64,000 nt of DNA from Levilinea saccharolytica (GCF_001306035.1 NZ_LGCM01000055.1:1-64000); one strand, 5' to 3'; shown: positions 37,376-47,507, counted from the stretch's first letter. Notes: generated by a model from the sequence alone, not told the origin. Made by a program: numbers and translations.

Positions 37376-38550
37376 GCCGCCTGCGCGCGCTGCTGGCGCA
37401 GCTCTGCCCGGAGGGGGTGGAGTATAAGACGTTGGGGGAGGTTTGTAATATTCTGGATAGTCAGAGAAAACCTGTAACAAAAAAAGACCGAACAAAAGGT
37501 ATCTATCCTTACTACGGCGCAAATGGTATACAAGATTATGTTGGTGATTATATTTTTGATGGTGTTTTTCTTCTCGTAGGCGAAGATGGAAGTGTTATTA
37601 ATACGGATTACAGTCCAGTTTTAACCTGGGCAACTGGAAAAATATGGGTTAATAATCATGCTCACGTTTTAAGTGAGAAACCAGGAACCCTTTTGCGATT
37701 TATTTATCATTACATGCAAACCGTGAATATTGATTCACTAGTCAGAGGTGTACCGCCTAAACTTAATCAGCAAAATTTGAGAAGCATAATCATCCCCCTG
37801 CCGCCGCTGGAGGTGCAGCGGGAAATTGTACGCATATTGGACCAGTTCACGGAGCTTACCGCGGAGCTTACCGCGGAGCTTACCGCGGAGCTTACCGCAA
37901 GAAAGATACAGTATGAGTATTACCGGAATAAGCTTATCAGCTTTAACAAGTATAAAACCAAACCCTTTGGAGAAATCGCCTCCATCGTTCGAGGCGCGTC
38001 TCCACGTCCTATCCGGGCTTTCATAACGGATGCCGAAGACGGAATAAATTGGATAAAAATCGGTGATGTTCAGCCTGGGAGTAAATATATTACTTCCACT
38101 TCTGAAAAGATTACCCCAATGGGCGCGGAAATGTCCCGATTGGTGCGCCCAGGTGATTTTGTTTTGTCGAATTCTATGAGCTTTGGCCGTCCCTACATCA
38201 TGAAAACAGAAGGCTGTATTCATGATGGTTGGCTGTCGATCAGTGGATTTGATGTGTACTTCACTCCAGACTTCCTTTACCATTTGCTAAGTTCCAACAC
38301 AATTCAAATGATGATGGCGCAGCGGGCATCAACCGGTACGGTACAGAACCTCAATGCGGATATCGTAAAAAACTTAGATCTACCCGTTCCTCCTTTGGAA
38401 GAGCAAATCCGTATCACCACGATCTTAGACCATTTTGACGAGCTGACCGCGGGGCTGAGCAGCGGGCTGCCGGCCGAGATCGCCGGGCGCCGCCAGCAGT
38501 ACGCCTATTACCGCGATCACCTGTTTTCCCTGTTGGAGGCGCGGGCATGA
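37372..38550 (+). CDS. hsdS: Type I R-M specificity subunit S (two TRDs, central TAEL-repeat spacer)
   Basis: GTG start overlapping the hsdM stop (gcGTGAgcc). Conserved framework [15 protein letters not shown]...[28 protein letters not shown]...[26 protein letters not shown]...[15 protein letters not shown]. Two AT-rich variable domains. Confidence 0.85.
   Translation: MSRLRALLAQLCPEGVEYKTLGEVCNILDSQRKPVTKKDRTKGIYPYYGANGIQDYVGDYIFDGVFLLVGEDGSVINTDYSPVLTWATGKIWVNNHAHVLSEKPGTLLRFIYHYMQTVNIDSLVRGVPPKLNQQNLRSIIIPLPPLEVQREIVRILDQFTELTAELTAELTAELTARKIQYEYYRNKLISFNKYKTKPFGEIASIVRGASPRPIRAFITDAEDGINWIKIGDVQPGSKYITSTSEKITPMGAEMSRLVRPGDFVLSNSMSFGRPYIMKTEGCIHDGWLSISGFDVYFTPDFLYHLLSSNTIQMMMAQRASTGTVQNLNADIVKNLDLPVPPLEEQIRITTILDHFDELTAGLSSGLPAEIAGRRQQYAYYRDHLFSLLEARA
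37852..37899 (+). repeat. 4 x 12-nt tandem repeat (gagcttaccgcg) encoding (ELTA)4 in the hsdS central conserved region
   Basis: ggagcttaccgcggagcttaccgcggagcttaccgcggagcttaccgca read directly. Confidence 0.9.
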
Positions 38551-41500
38551 GCACCTATCAGATTGTGGCCAGCACCACCGATGCCACCGTGGTGGCCGAA
38601 TACGCCGCCGATTACAGCACCCGCCCGGAGAGTTACCAAAGCGAGGCCGAGCTGGAAGCCGAGTTCGTACGCCAGCTCAGCGCCCAGGGTTACGAGCTGT
38701 TCACCGGGCGGGACGAGGCGGCTTTGCGCGCCAATCTGCGCCGCCAGTTGGAAGCCCTGAACGAGATGACCTTCAGCGAAGACGAATGGGGGCGCTTTTT
38801 CCGCGAATGCGTGGCCAATCCGGGCGAGGGCATTGTGGAAAAGACGCGCAAGATTCAGGTAGACCATGTGCAATTGCTGCGGCGCGACGACGGCAGCACC
38901 AAGAACATCTATTTGCTGGATAAGAAGAACATCCATAACAACCGCCTGCAGGTGGCCCACCAGATCACCCAGCGGGAAGGCGCCTACGAAAACCGCTACG
39001 ATGTGACCGTGCTGGTGAACGGGCTGCCGCTGGTGCATGTGGAGCTGAAGCGGCGCGGGGTGGCCGTGCGCGAGGCCTTTAACCAGATTCAGCGTTACCA
39101 GCGCGACAGCTTTTGGGCGGCCAGCGGCCTGTTTGAATACGTGCAGATCTTCGTGATCTCCAACGGCACGCACACCAAATATTACAGCAATACCACGCGC
39201 GAAGCGCATTTGCGCCGCCAGGGTCAGGGGGCCGCGGGGGGGCGGGGCAAGCACAGCAGCCACAGCTTTGAATTCACCAGCTTTTGGGCCGACGCCCACA
39301 ACCGCATCATCCCCGATCTGGTGGATTTCAGCAAGACCTTTTTTGCGCGCCACACCCTGCTGAACATCCTCACCCGCTACTGCGTGTGGACTTCGGAAAA
39401 TGACCTGTTGGTGATGCGGCCCTATCAAATCGCGGCCACCGAGCGGATTTTATCGCGCATCGCCGTGTCGGCGCAGTACAAACGCACGGGCAGCATCGAG
39501 GCGGGCGGCTACATCTGGCATACCACCGGTTCGGGCAAAACGCTGACGAGCTTTAAGACCGCCCAGTTGGCGGCGGCCCTGCCGACGGTGGATAAGGTGC
39601 TGTTTGTGGTGGACCGCAAAGACCTGGATTACCAGACGATGAAGGAGTACGACCGCTTTGAAAAAGGGGCGGCGGACGGCAACACCTCGACGCGCGTGCT
39701 GCAGCGCCAGTTGGAAGACCGCGACGAGAAGGGCAACCCGCACGAATACCGCATCCTGGTCACCACTCTGCAAAAGCTGGAGCGTTTCATCCGCAGCAAC
39801 CGCCAGCACCCCATTTACAAAAAACGGGTGGTGCTGATTTTTGACGAATGCCACCGCTCGCAGTTTGGCGATATGCACCAGGCGGTCACGCGGCATTTTA
39901 AGCAGTATCACATCTTCGGCTTCACCGGCACGCCCATTTTTGCGGCCAACGCGGGTTCGGGGGGCAGCCCGCTGCTGCGCACCACGGAACAGGCCTTCGG
40001 CGAAAAGCTGCACACCTACACCATTGTGGACGCGATCAGCGATCAGAACGTGCTGCCGTTTCGGATTGACTATGTTAACACCCTGCACATGCCGGAGGGG
40101 GTGGCCGATAAAAAGGTGTACGGCATTGACCGTGAAAAGGCCCTGGCCGACCCGCGGCGGGTGAGCGAGGTGGTGCGCTATGTGCTGGAGCATTTTGACC
40201 AGAAGACCCAGCGCAACACGGCCTACACCCTGCCGTCGCGCACACGGCAGGGCGAAGAGCGGCGCGTGGTCGGGTTCAATTCCATCTTCGCCGCGGCCTC
40301 CATCCCCCTGGCCATGCGCTACTACGCCGAATTTCGAAGGCAGAACGCCGAGCAGCAGCGCGGGTTGAAGATCGCCACCATTTTCAGTTTCAGCCCCAAT
40401 GAAGAAGAGGCGGGCGGGCTGCTGCCGGATGAGGATTTTGAGATGGAGCGCCTGGACGCCCCCGCGCGCGATTTTTTGGAGGCGGCCCTGCGGGATTACA
40501 ACGCGGCCTTCAGCACCAATTACGACACCTCGGCGGACAAGTTCCAGAATTATTACAAAGACCTGTCGCTGCGCATGAAGAACCGCGAGGTGGATTTGCT
40601 GATTGTGGTCAACATGTTCCTGACGGGTTTCGACGCCACCACGCTGAACACGCTGTGGGTGGATAAGAATCTGCGCCAGCACGGGCTGCTGCAGGCCTTT
40701 TCACGCACCAACCGCATTTTGAACAGCGTTAAGACCTTTGGCAATATCGTGTGCTTCCGCGACTTAAAAGAAGAAACGGATGAGGCCATTGCCCTGTTTG
40801 GCAACAAGGACGCCGGGGGTGTGGTGCTGCTGCGCACCTACGAGGAGTATTATCACGGCTACGAGGAGGAGGGGCAGCATCAGCCCGGCTATGTGGAACG
40901 CATCGCCGAGCTGACCGCCGCCTATCCGCTGGGGCAGCCCATCACGGGCGAGGAGGCCCAAAAGGACTTCATCCGCCTGTATGGGGCCATTTTGCGGCTG
41001 CGCAACATTTTGAGCGCGTTTGACGACTTCACCGGTCAGGAAATTCTTTCGGAACGGGATTTTCAGGATTACCACAGCCGCTATATTGACCTGTATCAGG
41101 AGCTGCGCCGGGGGAGCGAGGCGGATAAGGAAAGCATCAACGACGATCTGGTGTTTGAACTGGAATTGATCCGGCAGGTTGAGGTGAATATTGATTACAT
41201 CCTCATGCTGGTGGCCCAATACGGCCAATCCAACTGCCAGGATGCCAGCATTTTGACCACCATTGACAAGGCGGTGCAGAGCAGCCTGGAACTGCGCAGC
41301 AAGAAGGAACTGATTCAGCGCTTTATTGACCAGATGAACGCGGCCACGCAGGTGGATGAGGATTGGCGCCAGTTTTTGCAGGAGCGCCGCGCAGCGGATC
41401 TGGAGGCCCTCATTCAGGATGAAAAGTTAAAGCCGGAAGAGACGCGGCGTTTCATGGAAAACGCCTTCCGCGACGGGGTGCTCAAGACCACCGGCACGGC

Positions 41501-41615
41501 CCTGGATCAAATCCTGCCGCCCATCTCGCGTTTTGGGGGCGGACGGGCGGAGAAAAAGCAGGGGATTATCGAAAAGCTGCTGCGCTACTTTGAGAAGTAT
41601 TGGGGTCTGGTGTAG
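38547..41615 (+). CDS. hsdR: Type I restriction enzyme R subunit (helicase/endonuclease)
   Basis: ATG overlaps the hsdS stop (ATGA). HsdR_N nuclease region. SF2 helicase motifs TGSGKT, DECHRSQ, FTGTP. 1022 aa. Confidence 0.9.
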   Translation: MSTYQIVASTTDATVVAEYAADYSTRPESYQSEAELEAEFVRQLSAQGYELFTGRDEAALRANLRRQLEALNEMTFSEDEWGRFFRECVANPGEGIVEKTRKIQVDHVQLLRRDDGSTKNIYLLDKKNIHNNRLQVAHQITQREGAYENRYDVTVLVNGLPLVHVELKRRGVAVREAFNQIQRYQRDSFWAASGLFEYVQIFVISNGTHTKYYSNTTREAHLRRQGQGAAGGRGKHSSHSFEFTSFWADAHNRIIPDLVDFSKTFFARHTLLNILTRYCVWTSENDLLVMRPYQIAATERILSRIAVSAQYKRTGSIEAGGYIWHTTGSGKTLTSFKTAQLAAALPTVDKVLFVVDRKDLDYQTMKEYDRFEKGAADGNTSTRVLQRQLEDRDEKGNPHEYRILVTTLQKLERFIRSNRQHPIYKKRVVLIFDECHRSQFGDMHQAVTRHFKQYHIFGFTGTPIFAANAGSGGSPLLRTTEQAFGEKLHTYTIVDAISDQNVLPFRIDYVNTLHMPEGVADKKVYGIDREKALADPRRVSEVVRYVLEHFDQKTQRNTAYTLPSRTRQGEERRVVGFNSIFAAASIPLAMRYYAEFRRQNAEQQRGLKIATIFSFSPNEEEAGGLLPDEDFEMERLDAPARDFLEAALRDYNAAFSTNYDTSADKFQNYYKDLSLRMKNREVDLLIVVNMFLTGFDATTLNTLWVDKNLRQHGLLQAFSRTNRILNSVKTFGNIVCFRDLKEETDEAIALFGNKDAGGVVLLRTYEEYYHGYEEEGQHQPGYVERIAELTAAYPLGQPITGEEAQKDFIRLYGAILRLRNILSAFDDFTGQEILSERDFQDYHSRYIDLYQELRRGSEADKESINDDLVFELELIRQVEVNIDYILMLVAQYGQSNCQDASILTTIDKAVQSSLELRSKKELIQRFIDQMNAATQVDEDWRQFLQERRAADLEALIQDEKLKPEETRRFMENAFRDGVLKTTGTALDQILPPISRFGGGRAEKKQGIIEKLLRYFEKYWGLV

Positions 41616-41618
41616 GCC

Positions 41619-42266
41619 TCAGCCCTTGCCGTTGAAGGTGATGGTGCTTTTGCCTTGCAGGGTTTCTTCGATGCGCTGGACGACGATATCCAGATGCTGG
41701 GGCTTGTGGACGAAATCCAGGTCGCCGGTGTGCAGGGTGAGCACGGGGCACAGTTCGAAGGTGTTGATCCAGTCTTCGTAGAAGGAATCCAGCAGGGCGA
41801 GGTAATCGGCGCTGATGCCGGTTTCGATATCGCGGGCGCGCTGGCGGATGCGATCCATGAGCACGGGCACGGGGGCTTTGAGGTAGATGAGCAGGGAGGG
41901 CGGGGGGAGCTGTTCGGTGATGAGGTCAAACACGCGCCGGTAAGTTTGATAATCCAATTCGGAGAGGTTGCCCAGGTGGTTGAGGGCGCGCGAGAAGATG
42001 AAGGCGTCTTCGTAGATGCTGCGGTCAATGATGGCCGAACGCGGGTCCTGCCACAGTTCCAGGTGCTGGCGGGCGCGGTGGCCGAGGAAATAGACCTGCA
42101 AATGAAAGGACCAGGCGCGCATGTCGCCGTAAAAGTTGGGCAGGTAGGGGTTATCGGCCACGGATTCAAAGGCGGTGCGCCATCCCAGGCGTTGACCGAT
42201 GCGTTCGGTGAGGGAGGTTTTGCCGGATCCGATATTGCCAGCCAGCAGGATGAGACGTTTGGGCAT
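41619..42266 (-). CDS. Deoxynucleoside kinase (dCK/dGK family)
   Basis: P-loop LAGNIGSGKTSL. ERS-like motif and DRSIYED, characteristic of the dNK family. Confidence 0.8.
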   Translation of the reverse strand: MPKRLILLAGNIGSGKTSLTERIGQRLGWRTAFESVADNPYLPNFYGDMRAWSFHLQVYFLGHRARQHLELWQDPRSAIIDRSIYEDAFIFSRALNHLGNLSELDYQTYRRVFDLITEQLPPPSLLIYLKAPVPVLMDRIRQRARDIETGISADYLALLDSFYEDWINTFELCPVLTLHTGDLDFVHKPQHLDIVVQRIEETLQGKSTITFNGKG

Positions 42267-42412
42267 ACGGTTCTCCAATTAGGGGCTAGGTGCGAGTATA
42301 TCATAGGCGGGGGGATGGGATAGGCGCATTTGCGGGGGAATTTTTTGCGGTGCGGGGGAGAAGGTGGTATCATGGGCGATTATGGATCGGTTTGGTTAGA
42401 TTAAGAGGTGAA

Positions 42413-43729
42413 ATGATGCAGCCCACAGATGATTTTTCCATTTTTCCCATCACCACACGCGTGAACGCGGCGGGGCGGCTGTCCATCGCCGGGCACGACC
42501 TGAAGAGCCTGGCGGAGACCTACGGCACGCCGCTGTATGTGTACGACGGGGCCACCATCCGGCATCAGGCCGAGCGCTTGCAGAGCTTGTTCCGGCAGTA
42601 TTACCCCGGCGAGGCGGCCGTGGCCTACGCGGTGAAGGCCTATTTTTCACACGCGCTGGCGGTGAAGATGGCCGAGATGGGGCTGGGGGCGGATGTGGTC
42701 AGCTACGGCGAAATCCGCATTGCTCAGCAGGCGGGCTTCCCGGCGGAGGGCATTCACCTGCACGGCAACAACAAGTCGCAGCCGGAGCTGGAGGCGGCCC
42801 TGGCCTGGGGGGTGCAGGCCATTGTGGTGGACAGCCTGGATGAGATGCGCTATCTGGAAGATCTGGCGCGCAAAAATCAACGCCGGGCGCGCATTTGGCT
42901 GCGGATTACGCCGGATTTGCGCGTGAACACGCACCCGCACATTGAAACGTCGCACGCCGACAGCAAATTTGGCCTGCATATCCAAAACGGGGAGGCCGCC
43001 GAGGCCATCCGTTTCTGCAAGAACAGCCCCCATTTTCACCTGGTGGGGCTGCATACGCATTTGGGGTCGCAGATCTTTCAGGCCGAGCCGTACCGCAAGG
43101 CGATTGAGATGCTGTATGAGGTGGCCGATGCAGAAGGCTTTGTGCCGGAGGAGATCAGCCCCGGCGGGGGTTGGGGGGTGCGCTACACCGAGGCGGACGG
43201 GCCGGATGACGCCGAAGCCTGGGTGCGCACGGTGAGCGAGGCGGTGGCGGCGGCCAATCACCAGCGCGGCTGGAAGCTGCCCAAGGTGATTTTGGAGCCG
43301 GGGCGGTGGATGGTGGCGCGGGCGGGGGTGGCGCTGTACCGGGTGGGATCGCAGAAGATGACCCCCAACGGCACGCACATTGTGGCCATTGACGGCGGCT
43401 TGGCGGATAACCCGCGGGTGGCGCTGTATGGGGCGCAGTATACGGCGCGGGTGGTGGAGCGCCCCAGCGATCCGCCGACGGAGGCCATGCGCGTGGTGGG
43501 CAAATTCTGTGAATCGGGGGATGTGCTCATCCCGCACATTTTGCTGCCGCCGGTGCAGCGCGGGGAGCTTTTGGCCACGCCCGCGGCGGGGGCGTATCAG
43601 CTGAGCATGTCGTCCAATTACAATTTTGCGGCGCGGCCGGCGGTGGTGTGGTTGGAGGAGGGCCGGGTGGAGGTGATGCAGTGCTGCGAGCAGCCGGAGC
43701 AGCCCGGCTGGTGGGTGTACACGCCGTGA
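42413..43729 (+). CDS. lysA: Diaminopimelate decarboxylase (PLP-dependent, fold-III)
   Basis: TPLYVYDGATIRHQAERL...AVKAY (PLP-Lys region). HLHGNNKSQPEL. GGGWGVRY. C-terminal CESGDVL. agaggtg RBS. Confidence 0.9.
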   Translation: MMQPTDDFSIFPITTRVNAAGRLSIAGHDLKSLAETYGTPLYVYDGATIRHQAERLQSLFRQYYPGEAAVAYAVKAYFSHALAVKMAEMGLGADVVSYGEIRIAQQAGFPAEGIHLHGNNKSQPELEAALAWGVQAIVVDSLDEMRYLEDLARKNQRRARIWLRITPDLRVNTHPHIETSHADSKFGLHIQNGEAAEAIRFCKNSPHFHLVGLHTHLGSQIFQAEPYRKAIEMLYEVADAEGFVPEEISPGGGWGVRYTEADGPDDAEAWVRTVSEAVAAANHQRGWKLPKVILEPGRWMVARAGVALYRVGSQKMTPNGTHIVAIDGGLADNPRVALYGAQYTARVVERPSDPPTEAMRVVGKFCESGDVLIPHILLPPVQRGELLATPAAGAYQLSMSSNYNFAARPAVVWLEEGRVEVMQCCEQPEQPGWWVYTP

Positions 43730-43736
43730 ATCAGGG

Positions 43737-43765
43737 CCGCCCGTGCGAACGGGCGGTTTTTTTGT
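43737..43765 (+). terminator. Rho-independent terminator after lysA
   Basis: gccgcccgtgcgaacgggcgg followed by ttttttt. Confidence 0.7.
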
Positions 43766-43789
43766 GTGCATGGGCGCGTGAAGGGGCAC

Positions 43790-44056
43790 GTCGGTAGGGG
43801 CGCGTGTAGGGGCGCGTCTCAGACGCGCCCGAAAAACGGGGGCACGCGCCAGAAGAACGGGGGCACGCGCCCAAAGAACGGGGCACGCGCCCGAAGAACG
43901 GGGGCACGGGCCAAAAGCGCCCGTGCCCGTACGGGAACGTGAACGCAGGGAAGTGATCTGCACCTTTCGGGGGGGAGATCCCCACAGCCCTCGAAGTACG
44001 AGGGCACGCCCCCAAAAGGCGGGGGCAAGCAATGACATCAGGATGAGCGGGGCACC
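43790..44056. repeat. Non-coding repeat locus: REP-like palindromes (gtaggggcgcg x2; ggggcgcgtctcagacgcgccc), 4 x ~21-nt tandem repeat (c.gaa.aacgggggcacgcgc), and a degenerate copy of the caatgacat element
   Basis: Read directly: gtaggggcgcgtgtaggggcgcgtctcagacgcgcccgaaaaacgggggcacgcgccagaagaacgggggcacgcgcccaaagaacggggcacgcgcccgaagaacgggggcacgggcc ... ccctcgaagtacgaggg ... gcccccaaaaggcgggggcaagcaatgacat. Confidence 0.75.
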
Positions 44057-44680
44057 CTACGCAGATGGACGGCTTTGCAGCTGCTTGACGGCGGGCAGAG
44101 CCTGGGCGACGAAGAAGGTGATCATCAGGCGCACGATGCTGCTGTAGAAATTCATCATGGAGCCTTGCCCTGGGCCGATGAAGAGGCCCAGCACGGCATC
44201 CAGCCCCAGCAGAACCACGGCGGCCAGGAGTGCCCACCACGACAGGCGGCGGGTGAGGTAGGCCAGGGCCAGCAGCAGGGCGCCGTAGCCGAGCTGGTAC
44301 ATGCCGATGCCCATGCTGACGAGCACTTGCCAGCGGAAGAGCAGGGCTAGCAGGCCGGTGAGGAAATTAAACCCGCCTACCAGGAGGATGAGGCTGAAGG
44401 CGTTTTTGAGGCGGGTTTCGGGGTGGGCGGCGGTGCCGGGCAGGTGCTGCCCGTTGCGCAGCACGGCCAGCTCGGCGGCCAGGCCGGTAAAGAGCTGCAC
44501 GTGCAGGGTGGAGCCGTCGGGCAGAGGAAAATCTTGCCCGGCGGTCAGGGCTTTTTTATTTTCCACGCGGCCCACTTCCACGCCGTCCAGTTTGACGGTG
44601 AACTGGGTCCAGTTGGGGGCCCAGGAAATTTCCAGGCGCAGGGGCCCGTTGGGTTCCAGGGCATAGGTTTGGATGGGCAT
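44057..44680 (-). CDS. Hypothetical protein: N-terminal soluble beta domain + three C-terminal TM helices
   Basis: Start set at the internal ATG (MPIQTYALEPNGP...). C-terminal hydrophobic helices. No recognisable motif. Confidence 0.45.
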   Translation of the reverse strand: MPIQTYALEPNGPLRLEISWAPNWTQFTVKLDGVEVGRVENKKALTAGQDFPLPDGSTLHVQLFTGLAAELAVLRNGQHLPGTAAHPETRLKNAFSLILLVGGFNFLTGLLALLFRWQVLVSMGIGMYQLGYGALLLALAYLTRRLSWWALLAAVVLLGLDAVLGLFIGPGQGSMMNFYSSIVRLMITFFVAQALPAVKQLQSRPSA

Positions 44681-44915
44681 ACGGCAGGGTGCTCCTTGGG
44701 CGGGTGGAATGGGTGCATCCAGTCTACCTGTTCTGGGCGAAATGTCAAGGGGGCTGGCAGGCGGTTGAAACCAAGAGGGGGATGTGTTATGATGATAGTG
44801 GACATCTAAATAAAACAGGCTGCGGCGCTGCGGGTGTGCATTTCTCCGCCTGATTTGGCTCCATTTCCCTCCCACCGGTTCGGCGGGAGGTTTTTGTTTG
44901 CAGAGGAGGTGCAAG

Positions 44916-45608
44916 ATGGCCGTGATTACTATTTCCCGGCAGTATGCCAGCGGGGGGAATGAAATTGCCCTGCGCGTGTGTGAGCGGTTGGGCTACCGCA
45001 TATTTGACAAGCGCTTAATGGTGCGGGCGGCAGCGGTGTTGGGCCTTTCGGAGCAGGAGATCTTTGACTTTGCCGAGACCAGCTACAAGGCTAAGAGCTT
45101 TTTGGAACGGGTGTTTGGCGGGTCGCAGGATGTGGCCCAGGTGCGGCTGTGGAAGGAAGACGCCTCTGGAACGCGCAGCGTGCAGGAGCTGGCGCTGAGC
45201 GAATCGGCTGCGCTGCAGTTGGTGCAATTCGCTATCCGCGACGCCTATCAGGTGGGCAACGTGGTCATTGTAGGGCGGGGCGGCCAGGCGCTGTTGGCGG
45301 ATCAACCCGATGTGCTGCATGTGCGTGTCGTCGCACCGGAGGAAGAGCGCATTCAGCGGGTAAAAGAGGAACTGCGCCAGGCGCGGCAGGCGTATAAGGC
45401 GGATATTGAGGTACGGCGCGATGCGCAGGACCGCATTGCCATGCGGGATGCAGCCTCGGCGGAGTATCTTAGCCGGTTTTATAATATCCGCTGGGACGAT
45501 CCGCAGCATTACCATATGGTGCTGAACACCGGCAAACTAGACGTGGAAGAAGCGGCGGATTTGATCCTGCTGGCGGTGGAACACCTGCCTGAACGGGCCG
45601 TCGCCTGA
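44916..45608 (+). CDS. Cytidylate kinase-like family protein (Cytidylate_kin2-type P-loop protein)
   Basis: MAVITISRQYASGGNEIALRVCERLGYRIFDKRLM N-terminus typical of the cytidylate kinase-like family. gaggaggtg RBS. Confidence 0.65.
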   Translation: MAVITISRQYASGGNEIALRVCERLGYRIFDKRLMVRAAAVLGLSEQEIFDFAETSYKAKSFLERVFGGSQDVAQVRLWKEDASGTRSVQELALSESAALQLVQFAIRDAYQVGNVVIVGRGGQALLADQPDVLHVRVVAPEEERIQRVKEELRQARQAYKADIEVRRDAQDRIAMRDAASAEYLSRFYNIRWDDPQHYHMVLNTGKLDVEEAADLILLAVEHLPERAVA

Positions 45609-45625
45609 GCGGCATGAAAAGTCGG

Positions 45626-45665
45626 CCAGCCCTGATGGAGGAGACCCCATCAGGGCTGGGTTTTA
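45626..45665. terminator. Bidirectional rho-independent terminator
   Basis: ccagccctgatggaggagaccccatcagggctgg followed by gtttta. Confidence 0.6.
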
Positions 45666-45670
45666 TAGGG

Positions 45671-46158
45671 TTAACTCACCGCCCAATCGGGGATGCGCAG
45701 GCTCTGACAGCCAAACAAGCGGGCGTGCAGGGCGTCTTCATCGGCGGTGGTGAGGATTTGGATGCTCTGCTGAGCGAGGGCAGCCAGGACCTCGGCGCTG
45801 AGGCTCAACGAAGCGCGGAAAACCGCAAACAGGCTGTCCGCGCAGTCGTCGGCGGCCACGCGGTTGATGGAGAAGGTGCCGCAGTCCTGGCAGCGGTGGA
45901 CAATCATCAGCTCCCCGTGGTGGTCGGGCCCGTATTTTTTGGGCGAGCGCTTGAGGGTGAGGGCGACGGGGCGCATGGGCGCTTTGCAGGCGGCCAGGCG
46001 GTCTCCGGCGCGGTACAGATCCAGGTGGCGTGAATAGAGGCACACCGGGCAGTGGTTGCGGTTCTGCACGCCGGAGAAGGCGGCCTGAGCGGTGACAAAC
46101 TGGCGGCAGTGGCAGCAGGTGAAATCGCCAAAGGTGGGGTGGGTGTAGTGTTTCATGC
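45671..46158 (-). CDS. RNHCP-domain zinc-binding protein
   Basis: MKHYTHPTFGDFTCCHCRQFV...VQNRNHCPVCLYSRH...CQDCGTFSINR has the eponymous RNHCP motif and CxxC pairs. This is the C-terminal 162 aa of track ORF 45671..46564, whose upstream part overlaps rsgA in another frame. Confidence 0.7.
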
Positions 46159-47100
46159 GGCCTCGGCTTTCAAGCGCAGGTAGCTTTGGTAGCGGCGGGG
46201 GTGAACGGCCCCTTGCATGACGGCCTGTCGCACAGCGCAGCCGGGTTCTTCGTCGTGCTGGCAGCTGAGGCCAAAGCGGCAGCGGCCCAAGTGGGGGCGC
46301 ATTTCGGGGAAGCAGGCAGCCATATCTTCGGGCGTGATGTCCCACAGGCCAAATTCGCGCATGCCGGGGGTATCCATGACCGCGCCGCCGCCGGGGAGGG
46401 GGTAAAGGTGGGCCGCGGTGGTGGTGTGGCGGCCTTTGCCGGTGACGGCGTTGACCGCGCGGGTGGACTGATCCGCGCCGGGGAGGAGGGCGTTCAGCAG
46501 GGTGGTTTTGCCCACGCCAGATTTGCCCACCAGCAGGGTGGTCCCTTGAGACAGATGCCCGCATAGCTCACCCAGCCCACTGCCGGTTTGGGCAGAGACC
46601 AGGGAGACCGGGTAGCCCAGGCTGCGGTACAGATCCAGGATTTCGTGCAGTTCCAGCTCGGCGGGGGAGCCGCTGGAGGTCAGGTCGCATTTGGTGATGC
46701 AGATGCGGGCAGGCAGGCCCTGGGCTTCGGCGGCCGCCAAAAAGCGGTCCAGCAGATTCCACTTGGGGGTGGGGCTGGCAGCGGCAAAGACGGGCATGAC
46801 CCAATCCACGTTGGCGGCGATGACCTGCTGGGGGGCGTGGGCACCGGGGCGCGAGGCGGCCGCCGGGCGCGAATATTCGGAGCGGCGGGGCAGGACTGTC
46901 ACCAGGCGCGGCAGGTCGGGGGTGGGGGCGGTTTCACAGCGTACCACGTCACCCGCGGCGACGTGCGCGGCCAGGTGGGGAGGCAGGGCGCACATCAGGG
47001 TGTGGTCACCGGCCAGAACCTGGATTTGATGGATGAATTTTTGGATGACGAGCCCGGTAAAGAGGGCGGAATCAACGATGGTAGTAGGTTGAGGTTTCAT
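46153..47100 (-). CDS. rsgA: Ribosome small-subunit-dependent GTPase A
   Basis: Circularly permuted GTPase: TKCDL (G4) precedes GKSGVGKTTLLNAL (G1) and DTPG (G3). C-terminal zinc finger CRFGLSCQHDEEPGC. Confidence 0.85.
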   Translation of the reverse strand: MKPQPTTIVDSALFTGLVIQKFIHQIQVLAGDHTLMCALPPHLAAHVAAGDVVRCETAPTPDLPRLVTVLPRRSEYSRPAAASRPGAHAPQQVIAANVDWVMPVFAAASPTPKWNLLDRFLAAAEAQGLPARICITKCDLTSSGSPAELELHEILDLYRSLGYPVSLVSAQTGSGLGELCGHLSQGTTLLVGKSGVGKTTLLNALLPGADQSTRAVNAVTGKGRHTTTAAHLYPLPGGGAVMDTPGMREFGLWDITPEDMAACFPEMRPHLGRCRFGLSCQHDEEPGCAVRQAVMQGAVHPRRYQSYLRLKAEAA

Positions 47101-47471
47101 GGTGTATGCTCAGGTTAAACAAAACTGCCAGCCGCGAGAGCTTTCCCGTGACTGGCAGAGGGTTCTTATTGATGGGGTTCAGGGAGGCAGAGTGCCTCCG
47201 CTTCAATCAAAAGGCCACGGGCATTGATCGCTCCCGAGGCCAGGCAGGCAACGCAAAGGAAATGACAGCCCTTTCCGTTTCAGGCGCAATCAACGTGTGA
47301 GATTGTGAACCACCCGAGCAACTTTCGCCAAAAAACCCGACCTTTCTACAAGAATATTTGCTTCAAATTTTGAATAGTTTTCTACAACGCTGTGATTGTA
47401 TCCGCAGGGTGAAAATTTGCCACTGGCCATCTGGGCAGGATTTCAGCCCCCCGGATGGGCGGAATCGGGGT

Positions 47472-47507
47472 AAAAAAACACGCCCTCCGGGGTGCGGAAG
47501 GGCGTGA
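47472..47507 (-). terminator. Rho-independent terminator downstream of the DEAD-box helicase gene
   Basis: Minus strand reads cacgcccttccgcaccccggagggcgtg followed by ttttttt. Confidence 0.6.

Noticed and set aside
45671-46564. Track ORF of 297 aa
   Set aside because: Only the last 162 aa (from MKHYTHPTFGDF..., ATG at 46156-46158) form a coherent RNHCP-domain protein. The upstream Arg/Pro-rich part overlaps rsgA in another frame.
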